DNA of 62,429 bases, filler included, from Hausera hauseri (taxonomy: Eukaryota): the NCBI GenBank assembly GCA_046269625.1. It is 12 parts of 12 records of this genome, joined end to end, with 100 filler letters (N's around TTAATTAATTAA, not from the genome) between each part and the next. Parts side by side here need not be neighbours in the genome. Positions count along the whole stretch, not along the records: positions 1 to 5,365 come from JBJURY010270064.1; positions 5,466 to 12,873 come from JBJURY010016677.1; 10 more parts are not named here. The stretch is one strand, 5' to 3'. Below are positions 1 through 12,603 of this stretch, one piece after another (the stretch's first letter is position 1; the number at the start of each line of letters is the position of its first letter). A model generated the notes under the pieces. That model worked only from the letters and a program-made list of their open reading frames with translations, was not told the origin of the DNA and searched no databases. A program made the translations under genes and the position numbers.

Positions 1-2
1 TG

Positions 3-1733
3 GCATACCTTTTGAAAGGTGTAGAAAAGAATAAAGTTTTGAAAATATTGCGTTTGGGTCAGAATTTGATATCACAGGAATCTGCAGAAAAATGTTTGGA
101 TTTATTGAGGAACGGCAGTATCAAGGGGTGCAGTTTGACAATTATTGATTTTACGGTAAACTGGTGCCATTGACGGGATTTTCGTGAGAGGGTTTTATTT
201 ATTTGTAGAACACAATTTACAATGGGGAATTCCAGAAAATTGTGGATTTGGTGAAACGTGAACGAGAGGAATTTGATTGTTTGTTTGGGTATGACGAATA
301 TGTTGATAAGAAAAAGGGGAAATTGGATAGACAACTTCGACTGGCGTTGGAAATGTTGAAGTGTTATTTGCATAACAATGAGATTAGTATAAATGAATTA
401 TTTGACAAACCCGTTGCCAGTGGTGATTACGTAATCAGTTGTAATGATTTTAAATTGATTTTGCAGGTAATTTTGCAATTAATTAATAATTTGTGGTTAA
501 TAGTAGCCGGTAAATGTACGTTCTGCCCCAATCGATAATCCAATCAAATCGATAAATCAACTTTGCCCTTCCAATTGTTGCTAGGCAATCTGTTGCTATG
601 GTGCAGTTCTCATGACAAACGTTGCTAAGGGTGTTTCTGGCATGGGACACCGTCCAAGGCGACCGCCACAAGGTGGCGGTTGTTATGGTAACATGAGTCA
701 TAGCAACCAATTATCGATTTTCGACCAAAATACGTAATTTGACTTTCCGAACAATCAATTTTACACAGTGCACCGATTGATTTATCAATCGGGTGAAGTT
801 GCTAATCGATCGAAGTTTGGTGCACTATTCAAATTGATGGAAGTCAATGAAAACGGTGCACTATACAAATGTGCAATTAGGCTTGTTAGGTCGTAAGGAA
901 TCAAAATTCGATATTATATTGAGCAGGGACAGATGGGAAACCGAGTATGTAGATCTCGAATATCTGACTCGATATTGCACATTTGTGTAGTGCACTGTTT
1001 TTCCAATCGATTGCACCCGGTGCCATGTGCTAGTCATCAATATTGGAATTATCGGAAATGCGATATTATTGATTTTTGCACCCAATTGCACATGTGCTGT
1101 ACACTTGCACAGTGCACTGATGTGCACTATCGATTAGCACTTTGTTCAGTAATATCCAAATAGGATATCCCATGCGTTTATTGCCGTCTTCTGTTTCTTT
1201 TGGTTCGGTCTACTCGCAAGGCCACTTTCTTTCTGCTCCAGTTTCTCACACATCTTGACAATCAGGCATTTCAGCAAGTGAACCTTTGAGGAAGCGAGAT
1301 AGTTCAGTTCCCTGAAGTGGGGATCCAAGGATGATGATGAAAGGTCACTTACATTCATCTTCAAATGGACTTGTGGTTGACACTTGATTGCCTGTTTTAC
1401 ATTTCTAATAGGAGGGGTTAATGCCAGCCTCATTGGCACAGATGGTTTGACAACAACTGCAATAGTTCTGTTTTTATTGAGATAGACATGTTTTAATAAA
1501 ATATTTAATTGGTGGAGCATATTTTTATGAATAAGTATTCAATATTCAGTCAAAAGATGTTGCGCTGTCTAACAATCAAATTAATTTGTTAATTGTGCAG
1601 ATGGATAAAAATGGAACTGGGTTCATTGACATCAGGTAATAATTACGTTCCATTTGATTTCCATTTGCACTGATTTTTGCTAAGGGATTTGACATTCGAT
1701 ACACACAATGATGGAGATAATATTCCTCAATAA
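3..1733 (+). CDS. LRR + EF-hand protein, LRRC74-like, 5'-partial; exons 3-155, 209-466, 1550-1635, 1685-1733
   Basis: Manual splicing with GT-AG introns of 53, 1083 and 49 bp keeps frame. It gives an RI-type LRR (LLKGVEKNKVLKILRLGQNLISQESA), a degenerate EF-hand (ELFDKPVASGDYVISCNDFKLIL) and a canonical-looking EF loop (MDKNGTGFIDI), with stop TAA at 1731-1733. The LRRC74 assignment rests on recalled architecture. Confidence 0.7.
577..707. promoter_or_regulatory. Cluster of RFX X-box-like motifs in an intron
   Basis: GTTGTTATGGTAAC (679-692) fits GTHNYYATRRNAAC. GTTGCTAGGCAAT (577-589) and GTTCTCATGACAAAC (606-620) are near matches. Half-sites: GTTGCTATGG (592), GTTGCTAAGG (621), CATAGCAAC (699-707). 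Confidence 0.45.
800..1139. repeat. Nested inverted-repeat (MITE/foldback-like) element in an intron
   Basis: Outer IR: TGCTAATCGAT (800-810) / ATCGATTAGCA (1129-1139). Inner 28-bp IR: 850-877 / 974-1001 with few mismatches. Many GTGCAC palindromes. Confidence 0.5.
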
Positions 1734-2059
1734 ATGATGCTGATGCACTTGATGACTTCGTGACTAAATAATAATATGACTTATTTTGTCTTTTGACTAT
1801 GATTTCTCTCATAATCTGCTCACCTTTCATTCAAATTTGACTAAATGTCACTAGGTACAAGTGTCCGCTCTTGCCCAATTATCAAACCAATGCCAAATCG
1901 ATTCCAGAACCATATTTCCCCACCTATCTCGGTATAACGACCATTTTCGGTAAAATTTACCCACGAATTCCTCCTCCCTGGTCGAAAAGGAGGTTGAGCA
2001 AAAATACCTTGGATCGAGTCAAATCGGCAGCGAGTAACTAGACGAGCCAAAGTTTATAG

Positions 2060-2340
2060 CACGGCGAAACTCATAAATGTAAGGGTAACTGCGCCACGGG
2101 TAACGCGACACACGTTGCTAGCACACGAATACTCGGAACAAATGTGAAATCGATGTCGGCAAATCGAATAGATACGGTTTCAAGCTCGTTCGAACATAGG
2201 AACATGGGGAAAACCGAATGGGAAATGTTAAACTCAAAAAATTTTCCCTTGTCCAAGTCCGTTTGGCACGCTGCCCGTCATGAGTTGAACATTTCACGAT
2301 CCGACGTTTGTAAGATGACTCCGCACCAAGGGGAAAATCT
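2060..2340 (-). repeat. Dispersed copy of the ~444-bp repeat at 55759-56640
   Basis: The reverse complement contains TGAAATGTTCAACTC..., GACTTGGACAAGGGAAAATTTT... and TTCCCCATGTTCC, matching motifs at ~55877-55980 and ~56396-56460. Confidence 0.55.
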
Positions 2341-3145
2341 TTCGCTAGCCGTAACTTACTATTTTTTATTTTTATTAGTAGAATGCGCTGTAGGGTAGGG
2401 GGTGGGCAGAGGGCGAGAACTTCACGAATCATTAGATTTTACAGACGTAAATTTTTATGCTAAAGAAATTTTGTTCATAAGGGGAAGATTAACTGAAATA
2501 TGGTTCGATAAGCAAAATGTTTTACAGTGCACATTTTTTTCCAGATTTAGGCAGTTTTTGGTGCATTCTAATCGACCCTTTAAAATGCGGTACTTGTGAC
2601 TGACCTACTTGAAAATAAAACAACTTATGATTGGAGTTTTGTGAAAATATTCCGGTATGTAGATAATGCAACTGGAATGATGAAAGGGCAGGTATTTTAC
2701 AAACAAACACACACATACATTGAATTTTCGTGCAAACTTTCCGAAATTTAATTTCTCTGATGACCGTGCATATTTCATGGATATGAAAATTCATACATGG
2801 GATCGAGAAATAGAAAGGAATCGTCACAACCGAACTAGAACCGAGTGGATATATTTGGAGTAGTCCATATTTCGANNNNNNNNNNAAATCTATATGCAAT
2901 TTCTGTTCGTCAAAATATGAGTACAATGTCACTACCTGATTTTATAAGCATCCATTGACCATTATTCGAATAATAAAACTCCAGATTTCATTAAATATCT
3001 ACTGCGTGATTTTTTTACCTTAAAATAAATAAAATGGCCGATGACTAACAATATATATCTAACTATCAATTGGGACATTTTATTACCATTCGGGTTTCCC
3101 TTTTATACTGATGAAGAATTTATGCGGGAAATTTCAATATGCCAT

Positions 3146-3172
3146 TTACGTCATCATGCAACAATGACGTAA
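3146..3172. promoter_or_regulatory. Inverted pair of CRE/ATF-like sites upstream of PC2
   Basis: TTACGTCAT (3146-3154) and ATGACGTAA (3164-3172) are exact reverse complements, ~370 bp upstream of the PC2 ATG. A further TGATGTCA lies at ~3342. Confidence 0.35.
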
Positions 3173-3534
3173 TCAAACAAATCATACCAAACAAGAGAAA
3201 AGTAACGTAGACAATATTATTTAATCCATTCATTATTTGTTCCCCTGCAATAGCAAAAAGGGAAGAAAACATCAGCATCATCACAGTTGCCCCTTCATTC
3301 CTTATGTGTATGTATGTATGTGTGTGTGTGTATGTCTAACATGATGTCACTTACTTATAAATGATTATTGATTCTCCAAGAGTTGTTGTTACTCGCTGCT
3401 GCACTATTTCTGAGACAAAGGAAAGTAAGAACAACTCACTAATTCATTCCTAGAAAATACGTAGGTGGTATTCGATAAATATTTTTACTCATTTTATTTC
3501 ATCAGAAATTATTCGCAAAATAACTTATCGAATA

Positions 3535-5137
3535 ATGAGTGCCGTTATACTATTCATATTATCCCAATGTTTATTGTTCTGCACTGCCGTTGTCACCAAC
3601 CAGTGGCACGTTAATCTCCATGACCCTGCTGATGATGAAACTGCACGAAAAGTGGCATTAGATACAGGATTCTCTGTTGTACGAAATCACATGAACAGAC
3701 CTAACGAATACGTATTTACTCACAAGGCATTACCACAAGCCACAGCCATTCGCAGCTGGAGTCATCACAAATTATTGATGTCTCATCCAATGGTGAAACA
3801 AGCAAAACAAGTTGAAGGATTCCTGAGAAAAAAGCGGGGATATAAAACAGTTGAAAAACGGGAACCAAGAGTCCCATTACCGAGCATCAATAAAAAGGGA
3901 ATTCCGGATCGTGAGAAGGCGAAATCGGATGAATTAAATTTGCCAAGTGATCCATTATTTGAGAAGGAATGGTACATTCGAAATACAGGACAAGCAGAAG
4001 GAGTCAAAGATCTCGATTTGAATGTTCTTAGTGCATGGGCACAAGGAATAACTGGCAAAGGGATAACAACGGCTATAATGGATGATGGAATTGATTATCT
4101 TCATCCGGATTTATCAAAAAATTACAATGCGGATAGTAGTTACGACTTTAGTAGTAATGATCCATATCCATATCCTCGGTATACTGATGATTGGTTCAAT
4201 AGTCATGGTACTAGATGTGCTGGTGAAATATCAGCTGAACGGGATAATGGAATATGTGGTGTAGGGGTGGCTTATGATTCTAAGGTATATGATTAATAAT
4301 GATGATGATATGAATAACATTTTAATGTGTAGGTTGCTGGTCTACGAATGCTCGATCAGCCATACATGACAGACCTTATTGAAGCAGCCGCAATGAGTCA
4401 TGATCGAGACAATATACACATATATTCAGCAAGTTGGGGACCCACAGATGATGGAATAACTGTTGATGGACCACGCAATGAAACAATGAGAGCTATTGTA
4501 GAGGGAGTCAACAAGGGACGTAAAGGAAAGGGGAGCATATATGTTTGGGCATCAGGAGATGGAGGGGCTGCTGATGATTGCAATTGTGATGGGTAAGTTA
4601 GTGTATGAGATATGACTAGAAGTTGTACATTGATTGGTCAGTTATGCTGCCAGTATGTGGACAATCAGTATTAATTCAGCTACCAATGATGGTCAAACAG
4701 CAAGTTATGACGAATCATGTTCTTCAACATTAGCCTCAACATTCTCAAATGGTAAGGCATGGTTCAGTCTGGATGCTGGTGTGGGTACAGTGGATCTCTA
4801 TGGTAAATGTACATTGCATCATTCTGGAACATCTGCAGCAGCACCTGAGGCAGCTGGGGTATTTGCCCTGGCATTAGAAGCTAATTCAGATATTGGCTGG
4901 AGGGATATGCAGCACATTACTGTGTTGACTAGCAAAAGGAATCATTTATATGATAAGGATAAGCGCCATAATTGGACTATCAATGGTGCGGGATTAGAGT
5001 TCAATCATTTGTTTGGTTATGGAGTACTTGATGCTGGTGATATGGTCAGTGTAGCTAAGAGTTGGGTGAATGTACCAGAAAGGTTCCATTGCATTGCTGG
5101 GCAAATTGGCAAACGTTATTTGTTCAATGTCAGCAGG
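3535..5137 (+). CDS. PCSK2: Neuroendocrine prohormone convertase 2, 3'-partial; exons 3535-4284, 4333-4592, 4642-5137
   Basis: Signal peptide; prodomain ending RKKR; catalytic Asp (IMDDG), His (SHGTRCAG) and Ser (HSGTSAAAP); PC2-specific oxyanion Asp (WASGDGG). GT-AG introns of 48 and 49 bp restore DSKVAGLRMLDQ and CNCDGYAAS. Next donor GTAAGT at 5138; the P-domain lies beyond the contig end. Confidence 0.95.
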
Positions 5138-5365
5138 GTAAGTCACGAATATATTTCGAAAATTTGCTGTTCACTTTAATTACAAGTGAAAACACCTTAT
5201 TGCTAGTTAAAGTTTTATAAGTTATACAAGTAAAAATTTTATTAAATATGAGTAGTGAAAAATGAGAGCTCTGGCTCAACAGCATACCCCACCCTCGATT
5301 TATTTGAATTGATGCGTTTAAACAAAAGTGAATTTCACGAATTGATGAATCGGTACTTATTTTTT

Positions 5366-5465
5366 NNNNNNNNNNNNNNNNNNNNNNNNNNNNNNNNNNN
5401 NNNNNNNNNTTAATTAATTAANNNNNNNNNNNNNNNNNNNNNNNNNNNNNNNNNNNNNNNNNNNN
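5366..5465. other. Artificial contig linker (first of 11)
   Basis: N-run/TTAATTAATTAA (stops in six frames)/N-run, exactly 100 bp. Also at 12874-12973, 17346-17445, 21708-21807, 26899-26998, 34076-34175, 39213-39312, 43937-44036, 48286-48385, 53324-53423 and 57904-58003. Confidence 0.98.
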
Positions 5466-8400
5466 ACAAAGTAGACAATGTGATTTTGCTATTCAGTTTT
5501 GGTATGAACCAGACGTTGTATAACTTCGATGTTTTTCTCCTTACTGTATTTTCTGAAAGTGACAGTTTTGTGATATGTCTATGCTTTTGTCTCCGTTTGT
5601 TGAGATGTTTTAGGAGAAAAGATGTTACATTCTGTCGTGCTGAGTGTAGTGTCTTGCTGAGGCAAAAGAGAAGAGTGAAAAGGAGTAACTGAAGGTAAAT
5701 GTTTGAAATTCTCCAAGGGAGTTCCCAAAGATAAGCAGTTAGAGGGAGCAGTGGTAATGGGGAAAAGAGCGGGGGAAGAAAGTGGAGTAGGAATAGAGAT
5801 AGGAATGGGAGGTTAAATTGATGAGGGCACAGAAACAGGAACAGGAAAAAATGGTAGTAGGGGTAGAGACAGGAGCAGAAACTGGAGGGAATGCAGGAGT
5901 TAGAAAATTTGTCGGAGCTTCGATTGGAGAGGTGTCGTCTACAAAAAAGGCAAGTTTCACACTATTTATATGAAATGCTAGTTCCTTTCCGTCTTTAAGA
6001 ATTACAGCGTTGTGAGAATGTAGTTGAATTAGCTTATAGGGCCCTATATACTGCGGTTGAAAACCAAACGGTGTTTGATTCCGTAGCCAAACAAACTTTA
6101 CGGAATACAATATGTCGGGTAAATACATTTTATTGTTGTGTAGTATCCTACAGAACGAGTCTTTACTGACCGTGATGAAATGGTCCTGCGCTGCTCTGAT
6201 CGTTTCGCCTGTAGGCGTATTATCTAGGGCGGTTAATTCAAACAAGGAACGAACAGGTGCAACAAATAAGGCTTCGGTAGGTGAGCATCCTGTGGAGGTG
6301 GATGGAGTGTTCCGCTAACCAAGCAGAACCAAAGGAAGAAGAACAGTCCAATTACTGTTGGATTCAGCGAGAATTTTTAGCGACATTTTCAGGGTTCTAT
6401 GGAATCTCTCAACAAGACCGTTCAATTGGGGATGATAAGGCGTAGTGTGTATATGACTGATCTCCAATCTGCTAACGAGTGATTTAAATAGGTTGGACTC
6501 GAATTGGGAGCCTTGGTCCGAAATGATAAATCTAGGAGATCCAAATCTGCTGATACAAGTGCGGATGAAAACTTCGGCTATTGTGTCCGTGTTAGTGCTT
6601 CGTAGAGGGACAGCTTTTGGCCAACGTGAGGCGCGATCCATCATGGCCAAAATGAATTGATGACCGTTGTCAAAAGGAAGAGGACTGACGATATCTATAT
6701 GTACGGACTCAAGACGTGATGTGCAAGGGAAGTGATATAGTGGTGGTTTTAGATGTTTGGTGATTTTAAATTTTTGGCAAGCCACGCACTCATTAACCCA
6801 CGCTTGCACATCGGAACGGATTGTCGGCCATATTACCTGTCGGTGGAGTAGGCGAAAAGTTGCCTTAGCACCAAGATGATGTAGTGAATGTACGCTGTTA
6901 AACGCTTGCCGTTGTAAAGGTGGTGCGGAATTATTACGGTATGACCTGGTTTGGAAGTGTCGAAAGCTACGCCGTCAATGATGTTGTAAGATCGGAAAGA
7001 TTTAAGCATGTCTGAAGGTGGTTGATTTTCTTGCAGCTGATCTTGTGTGAATATAGGTTTAAAATTGATGTAGCTAACGGATCTTGAAAGGAAATCAGCG
7101 ACTAAGTTCTTTACACAGTTAATGTGTTTGATCTCGAAATTAAACATCGAGAAGTAAGAGATCTGACGTTCGTGCCTAGATGATGGATGTTTCATCGTCC
7201 TGATGTTGATTAAATGTTCGTGATCAGTCTATATGGTGAAACGTCGAACAGCGAGTAAATGTGAAGTGTTTTAAATCAAGAACTATTGCCAGTAGTTCTC
7301 GGTCAAAGGTAGAGTATCTAGTTTCAGGAGGTGTTAACTTGCGTGAAAAAATTCCAAAGGCTGGTTTGCACCTTTATAGATTTGATGAAGTACGGCGTCC
7401 ACAGCGGTGGTGGAAGCGTCTGTAGTGAGGATCAGTTGTGCATCGTGCTAGGGAAAAGTTAATATTTCCAGTTTTTAAACCTTCTCTTAGCTTTTCGAAT
7501 TTGTTTACAAGTTCAGGAGTCCATTGCATTCGTTGGTGAGCAAATGGTGCGGTAAGTTCAGAGCAATACGGCACATACTTGTGAACGAAATGCAAGGTGC
7601 CCAAAAAACTCCTCATTTCTGTTGTTGTACTTGGTAGCTGTACGTTTTTTAAGGCTTCAACTCTGTCGGGTTGAGGCGAGTGACCTGCGGCAGAAATAAC
7701 GACCAAGAAAATGTATACGTTTCTGGAAAAAGTGACATTTGGCGAAATTAATCTGCAGGTTATGCTGGTGTAAGCGTTAAAAGATTGATCTGATGTGTTT
7801 TTTGTGTTGTTTGGTTGAGGAAGACACAATTAATATGTCATCGATATAAGGATGAGCATATGGAAAATCGGAAAGGATGGTATCGATGTGGCGTTGGGAA
7901 GTCTGCGCAGCATTCCGTAAGCCAAAATGCATGTACAGATATTCGTATAGGCCAAAAGGAGTAGTGACGGCCGTTTTTTCGATATCCTCAGGTGTCACAG
8001 GAATTTGATGGTAGGCTTTGGGTAAATCGATGGTAGGATAACTGGCAGTTGAGTTGAGACGATGTAAGATATCCTTAATGAGTGGCAACGGGTATGCATC
8101 CATTATTTTCAGTGTTTAACTGACGATAATCACCACATGGTCTAAAAGTACCGTCCTTTTTTGTACAACGTGTAAAGGTGATGACCAAAGAGATTTTGAA
8201 CGGCATACTATGCCGGAACGTTCTAGTTCAAGAAATTCGGCTTCTACGGCCTGCCAACGACGAGGTGACAGAGGTCGAACCTTTTGGCGTATTGGTCGTT
8301 GATGCTGTATAACTATATGGTGTAAAGTACTGTTTGCGGGAGTAAACGTACGATTTTTTTTAAGTACGCGTGGACATGATGTGTTGACGAATTGTTGTAA

Positions 8401-9154
8401 AGTCGTAGATAACTGTGATAGATTCGGTGAAAGTGGTGAAATGGCTTGAGTAGTAGCGGATGGAATGTGTGAGTTGTTTGGCGGTGTGTCGTCAAGTGGT
8501 ATTTGGTGTAAGATGGTCGAATTGAAAATGGTGTTGGGTGAAGTGATTTAGTCGAATGAATTAACGTTGGTGGCAGTACCACAACTATCGACATCGAACC
8601 TCAATCGAATATCAATATTATTTAAAAATTTACGAATTGAATTATTGTTATGAAAATTCGAATTATTCATTGATTTTTTAAAATTGACCTCCGCGTCCCG
8701 GTCGACTGCGCGGTAGTCTAAATGCTATGGACATGCTCAGAAATGTCGTCATTGGTGCCGTTCCTCAAACATTGCTGACTGCAGTCAACCAATAAATTAT
8801 AATGCGATAGAAAATCGGATCCTAGAATTGCCATCTGGACGTTAGCGACTGTGAACGTCCAATGGAGAGGTGAAGGAAATTTTGGTAAGATGAAATATAA
8901 TTTAGCCATGCCAAAATGTGCAGCGGTTGGCCTGAAGTGGTGTATAAGGGTTTAATTCTGTATGGAGAATTTTGTACAGGAAACGTTTGTGGTAATAAGG
9001 AAATTGCTGCACCTGTATCGATGAGGAAGTCAACAGATTGCGTTGTAGGAGCGCTGATTGCAGCCTTTAGAGTAAAGACAGCAAGAGGTGTGTCGGCGTT
9101 CAGAAACTGAAGTAGTACCTTTGCCAGAGTTTGCCGTGACCTCTGGCGGCAAAG

Positions 9155-9164
9155 TTAGTTTTTT
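9155..9164 (-). other. Putative -1 ribosomal frameshift site at the gag/pol junction
   Basis: Minus strand A_AAA_AAC immediately followed by TAA, then GCCGCCAG. The same arrangement occurs in the copy at 60631-60640. Confidence 0.6.
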
Positions 9165-10205
9165 GAAAACGGCGAACCTGAGCGATTGTTATAAACGAAA
9201 GTTGTGCAACCTGGAATGCATTTTCGTGCATTATGTCTGAATTTTGCATGATATATGCAAATTATGTTATCAGAGTGTAGATTGGATGAATAATAGCTAC
9301 ACTCTTAACAGCATTTATTTGCTTTGTTGTTAAATTTGTTGTGTTAATAACATGAATGACAGTGTTGGTGACGGTGTCCTATTTCTGGAAGGAGAATGTG
9401 TTCGACGAGGCGCAGAAGCATTCCGTCGGTGTAAGGAAAGGTCATTCAGTTTATCGTTGATGGTGTTGATTGTGTGTTGTAGTGCCGCATTTTCAGCACG
9501 TAATTGGTTCAATTGGTGCTCGATGGATGCATGTTGATCGTCATCATTCGTAATAGCGGCTGATATGATAGGTTGTGACTGGATTTGTAAGACTTCGTAT
9601 GCTTTATCTGCCAATTCAGCCAGTTTATCTAACGCTGTAGAATCTTCAACGGCGGTAAGTGAAGCCCTAATTTGAATGGGTAAGGCATTAAGGAAATATC
9701 GTCGAAGTAGATCCGGATTGTGTTCCTTGGTGACGCCTAAAGTACGTGAGCCAACGAGGTGCGTAGGAAAGCACTAGGTTTTTGTGTCCCCATTGCGTTT
9801 TCATTAAAGAAGCGCTTCATTATGGAATCAATTGATGGTTTTGTCTGCTTTAACACAGCATCGAACAATTGTGTATAAAGGTCAGAGTGTTGAAAGATGT
9901 CAAGTAAGTTGTGGATTGAGGCCTTTATGGAATTGGGTAGAAGGTAAAGTATATTATGGGCTTTGGATAACGAGTCCGTAATACCGTTGGACCTTAACCA
10001 GAGTTGATGGAAGTGGGGCCAGGTTTTGCTAGACTTCTCATTGTCTAAAGTATTCAGTGCAATGTGGTGTAGTACTGATAGGATTTTTGTGAGAAGAATT
10101 TGTATCGGTTGAAGTAAGTGGATGGTTTGATTTGGGGTAGTAGAGAATGGATTTGGGTTTTGTGGTCACCTTATTGATGGTGTCACTGGTTGGTGGTGAA
10201 ACCAT

Positions 10206-10418
10206 ACTGCCGCGGATTCTAGAATTGATATGTATACATAGATAGTTATGTGAGGCCATGATATATAGGAGGTCGGTTAAAATTCAACCGTTGTGGGTCA
10301 GATAGAAATCGCTGAAGATGGAGGTATTACGAATGATAGCGTATAATTATGATGTCTCGATACGTTGTCTGACATGTACTATTTGTATTAGACTATTATT
10401 AACATAAAGGTAGAGGGG
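10206..10418 (-). pseudogene. Ubiquitin-like domain in frame with the gag N-terminal region (copy 1)
   Basis: Reading through two stops: PLYLYVNNSLIQIVHVRQRIETS*LYAIIRNTSIFSDFYLTHNG*ILTDLLYIMASHNYLCIHINSRIRGS, continuing into the linker before gag. RGS is one substitution (AGT/GGT) from RGG. Confidence 0.65.
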
Positions 10419-10815
10419 GAATGATGGTAATATACTGTAAACGGAATAGTGTGATATATCGATGTGATCATTTGAAGTTAAGAGAGTTGCTTTAAACGTT
10501 TCTTTTGAAGAATATTTTCGATCTGTGGACTCACTATGGTAAATGGATCTATTGCGCTCATAACCGATGCGTACTGAAAAATGTCGATAATAAGTAGAAG
10601 GGACGGATTCTGTCCATAGTCAGAAGCTCTAGTCAGGTACTCGCTATGATCATAAGAATAAATCGGACCGACTTTGCAATAATGTGCCTTAATTCTAACT
10701 CGTCTCATTACAGATTCATCGAATTTCATAGATGATTCGTTGTTGGTTTTTGTAGGTTTGGCAAGACAAGGCACAAGTGATGTGTAATTAACAATGCCAC
10801 AAGATGACTGTACCA

Positions 10816-11715
10816 TTGTTTTAATTTCTATGCGGACATTATCGAGCTCACGAATTCTTACCAGAGTCAAATACTTCAGAACGTAAAAGTATAGTTTACC
10901 AACTTTTTCCAATGAAGCCAATTTAAATCTCGATGTAGACTGAGTAACTTTATTAACAGTTGGAAGAGATCTCGGAAGACTAGGTCGTGGGCAAGGGCTA
11001 AAGTGAAACCATTGTGGAAAAGAATAGAGGAAATTTATGATCCGAGGAATAAGGAAAAGAAATGTTTTGCTGAAAGAATCTAGAATTCCAGGGACCTCTG
11101 AAGTCGTGCCGAAATAATAGCAACATGTATCACCAACAAACGCCTTCGCTAGACACCAGGTGTATTTTAAATTTCCCTGACGACAGGAAACGAACGGAAT
11201 CATAAAAAACAAATAGAAAATGTGATACTGCCAAAACGGGCCGGTAACAAATTTAATAAAATTAAGGCAGTTAATAGAAACTACAATAACCAAACTTTGG
11301 TCAGCCTCAATTTTCTTAATATCGGCGTAAATAATGATACCGCCATTTGTTCTGTAAATGGCAACGTCACCATATAAATATAATAGAGACAACCGAAATC
11401 AACAGCCTTGCCCAAAAATGTTCTAAAGAACATCGGTGTAACAGTGTAAGTCATCCCATTTGAAATCTTGTATAAAATCAACAGAGGCAACGGCGCGAAT
11501 GTCGGCAATAGCAACCTATGCAGCCATTTTAAATCAAGTATATCATTTACGAATCCCAAAAGTGTCATACAACCTATTGAGGGCAAACCTGTTAAATATT
11601 GAATAAAATCAATTTGCGCCGAACTGATTGTCGGTAAATTACTATTCGAAGTGGGTATGAATAGAAATCTTATGAAATAAATAACACTACGCCATAAGTC
11701 TTGCGCTTCAGGTAT
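10816..11715 (-). pseudogene. DPAGT1: Fragment of UDP-GlcNAc:dolichyl-phosphate GlcNAc-1-P transferase (DPAGT1/ALG7)
   Basis: IPEAQ...FIP, CMTLLGFVNDILDLKWLHRLLLPT, GCLYYIYM, IEADQSLVI, FVGDTCCY, GILDSFSKT and NFLYSFPQWFHFSPCPR match hallmark DPAGT1 motifs. One frameshift near 11360; both termini missing. Confidence 0.9.
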
Positions 11716-12063
11716 TTCCTTACGGACGAAACCTAGAAAAGTTTGAACGGTCTTAAATCGTCGGTTTGGAAATACTTGTATGATACTTACTTGGTCATGA
11801 TGAGACATGATTCTCAATTCCTCGTCAATATAAATACTCAAACGTAAAAATAGATAGACAATCTCAGTTTTACTCACATTTAAAGGGAGTAATCTAGAAA
11901 TGGCAGATATACATGTTTTAAGAAGATCAATTTTTGGTTTTCTTTCGGCAGTTAAGACATCGTCCGGTTCTTTGTTAACGTTTTCCTGTTTCGTCAAGAA
12001 CATCGTACGAATGTCTTGTTGGTCCCACAGTTTTAACAGGGTATCAAATGTTTTTCGAATGTC
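11707..12063 (-). pseudogene. FRY: Internal fragment of Furry/FRY-like protein
   Basis: IRKTFDTLLKLWDQQ...[31 protein letters not shown]...LRLSIYIDEELR corresponds to the conserved Furry segment [32 protein letters not shown]. Only ~120 aa of a ~3000-aa protein. Confidence 0.85.
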
Positions 12064-12199
12064 TGTTGGTGTTTTCAAAAAAAAAACTGCAGCTGTAAAT
12101 GGCGATGAAGGTGGACCTGATGGTGGAATGAGAGATGTTTCTTGCGAATTTATATAAAGGAAAGTAAAGGATTGGTATGCTGTTGTTGGCGGAGCGAAT

Positions 12200-12603
12200 A
12201 CAGTTTCTATTACTGTGGAATTTCCGAATGAACATTGCACAGCGACTTTAAGGAGAATTGTGGAAGCGTAATTGGATATCTCACAACAACTGGTATGAAC
12301 TAAACGATTATACAAACATAGAACAGGTCCAAAACCGCTTTTACGATCCTGCAAACAGGCTTCAAGAACAGCTGCTAAATTATATTTATCAATTTTACTC
12401 CCCTCCTCCAAATGTTTATTGAGTACAAGGAAATATTCCTTTATTAAGCCGTCTCTGACCAAAGCTAACAACAGTGAATTCGTTGCAGCCAATTCTTTAC
12501 GTATGTTTTTAAAAGGAACACTGTATGTAACGGTGGATGGTGAAATTCCAATTTCTTTTGCACGGTAGTAAATTCTAAATGCTGCTTCACTATGTCCAAC
12601 CAG
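12200..12603 (-). pseudogene. PPR-repeat fragment, PTCD1-like
   Basis: GHSEAAFRIYYRAKEIGISPSTVTYS is a PPR motif. ACLQDRKSGFGPVLCLY...ILLKVAVQCSFG resembles PTCD1 CIQDKKTGFRYALQVW...LLLVAARDCGLG (recalled). Confidence 0.65.

Larger units (their letters stand above)
5466..10418 (-). mobile_element. Decayed Ty3/Gypsy (Mag-like) LTR retrotransposon: Ubl-gag-PR-RT-RH-IN
   Basis: Gag (MGTQKPSAFLR, LADKAYE, CIYHAKFRHNARKCIPGC), protease FLIDTGAAIS (~9000-9030), RT (DAYPLP, KTAVTTPFGLYEY, PYIDDIL), RNase H (TTDAST, NLVADFLSR), integrase (HIDIV, ISDQGSQFES, YHPQLNGLVERFHR, GPY). Many stops and frameshifts. Confidence 0.93.

Noticed and set aside
1146-1520. 124-aa antisense ORF in the LRRC74-like intron
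   Set aside because: No recognisable domain; the WDILFGY resemblance to BEACH is too short to support.
5410-5421. TTAATTAATTAA as a recurring biological motif
   Set aside because: It is always centred in a 100-bp N block: a six-frame-stop assembly spacer.
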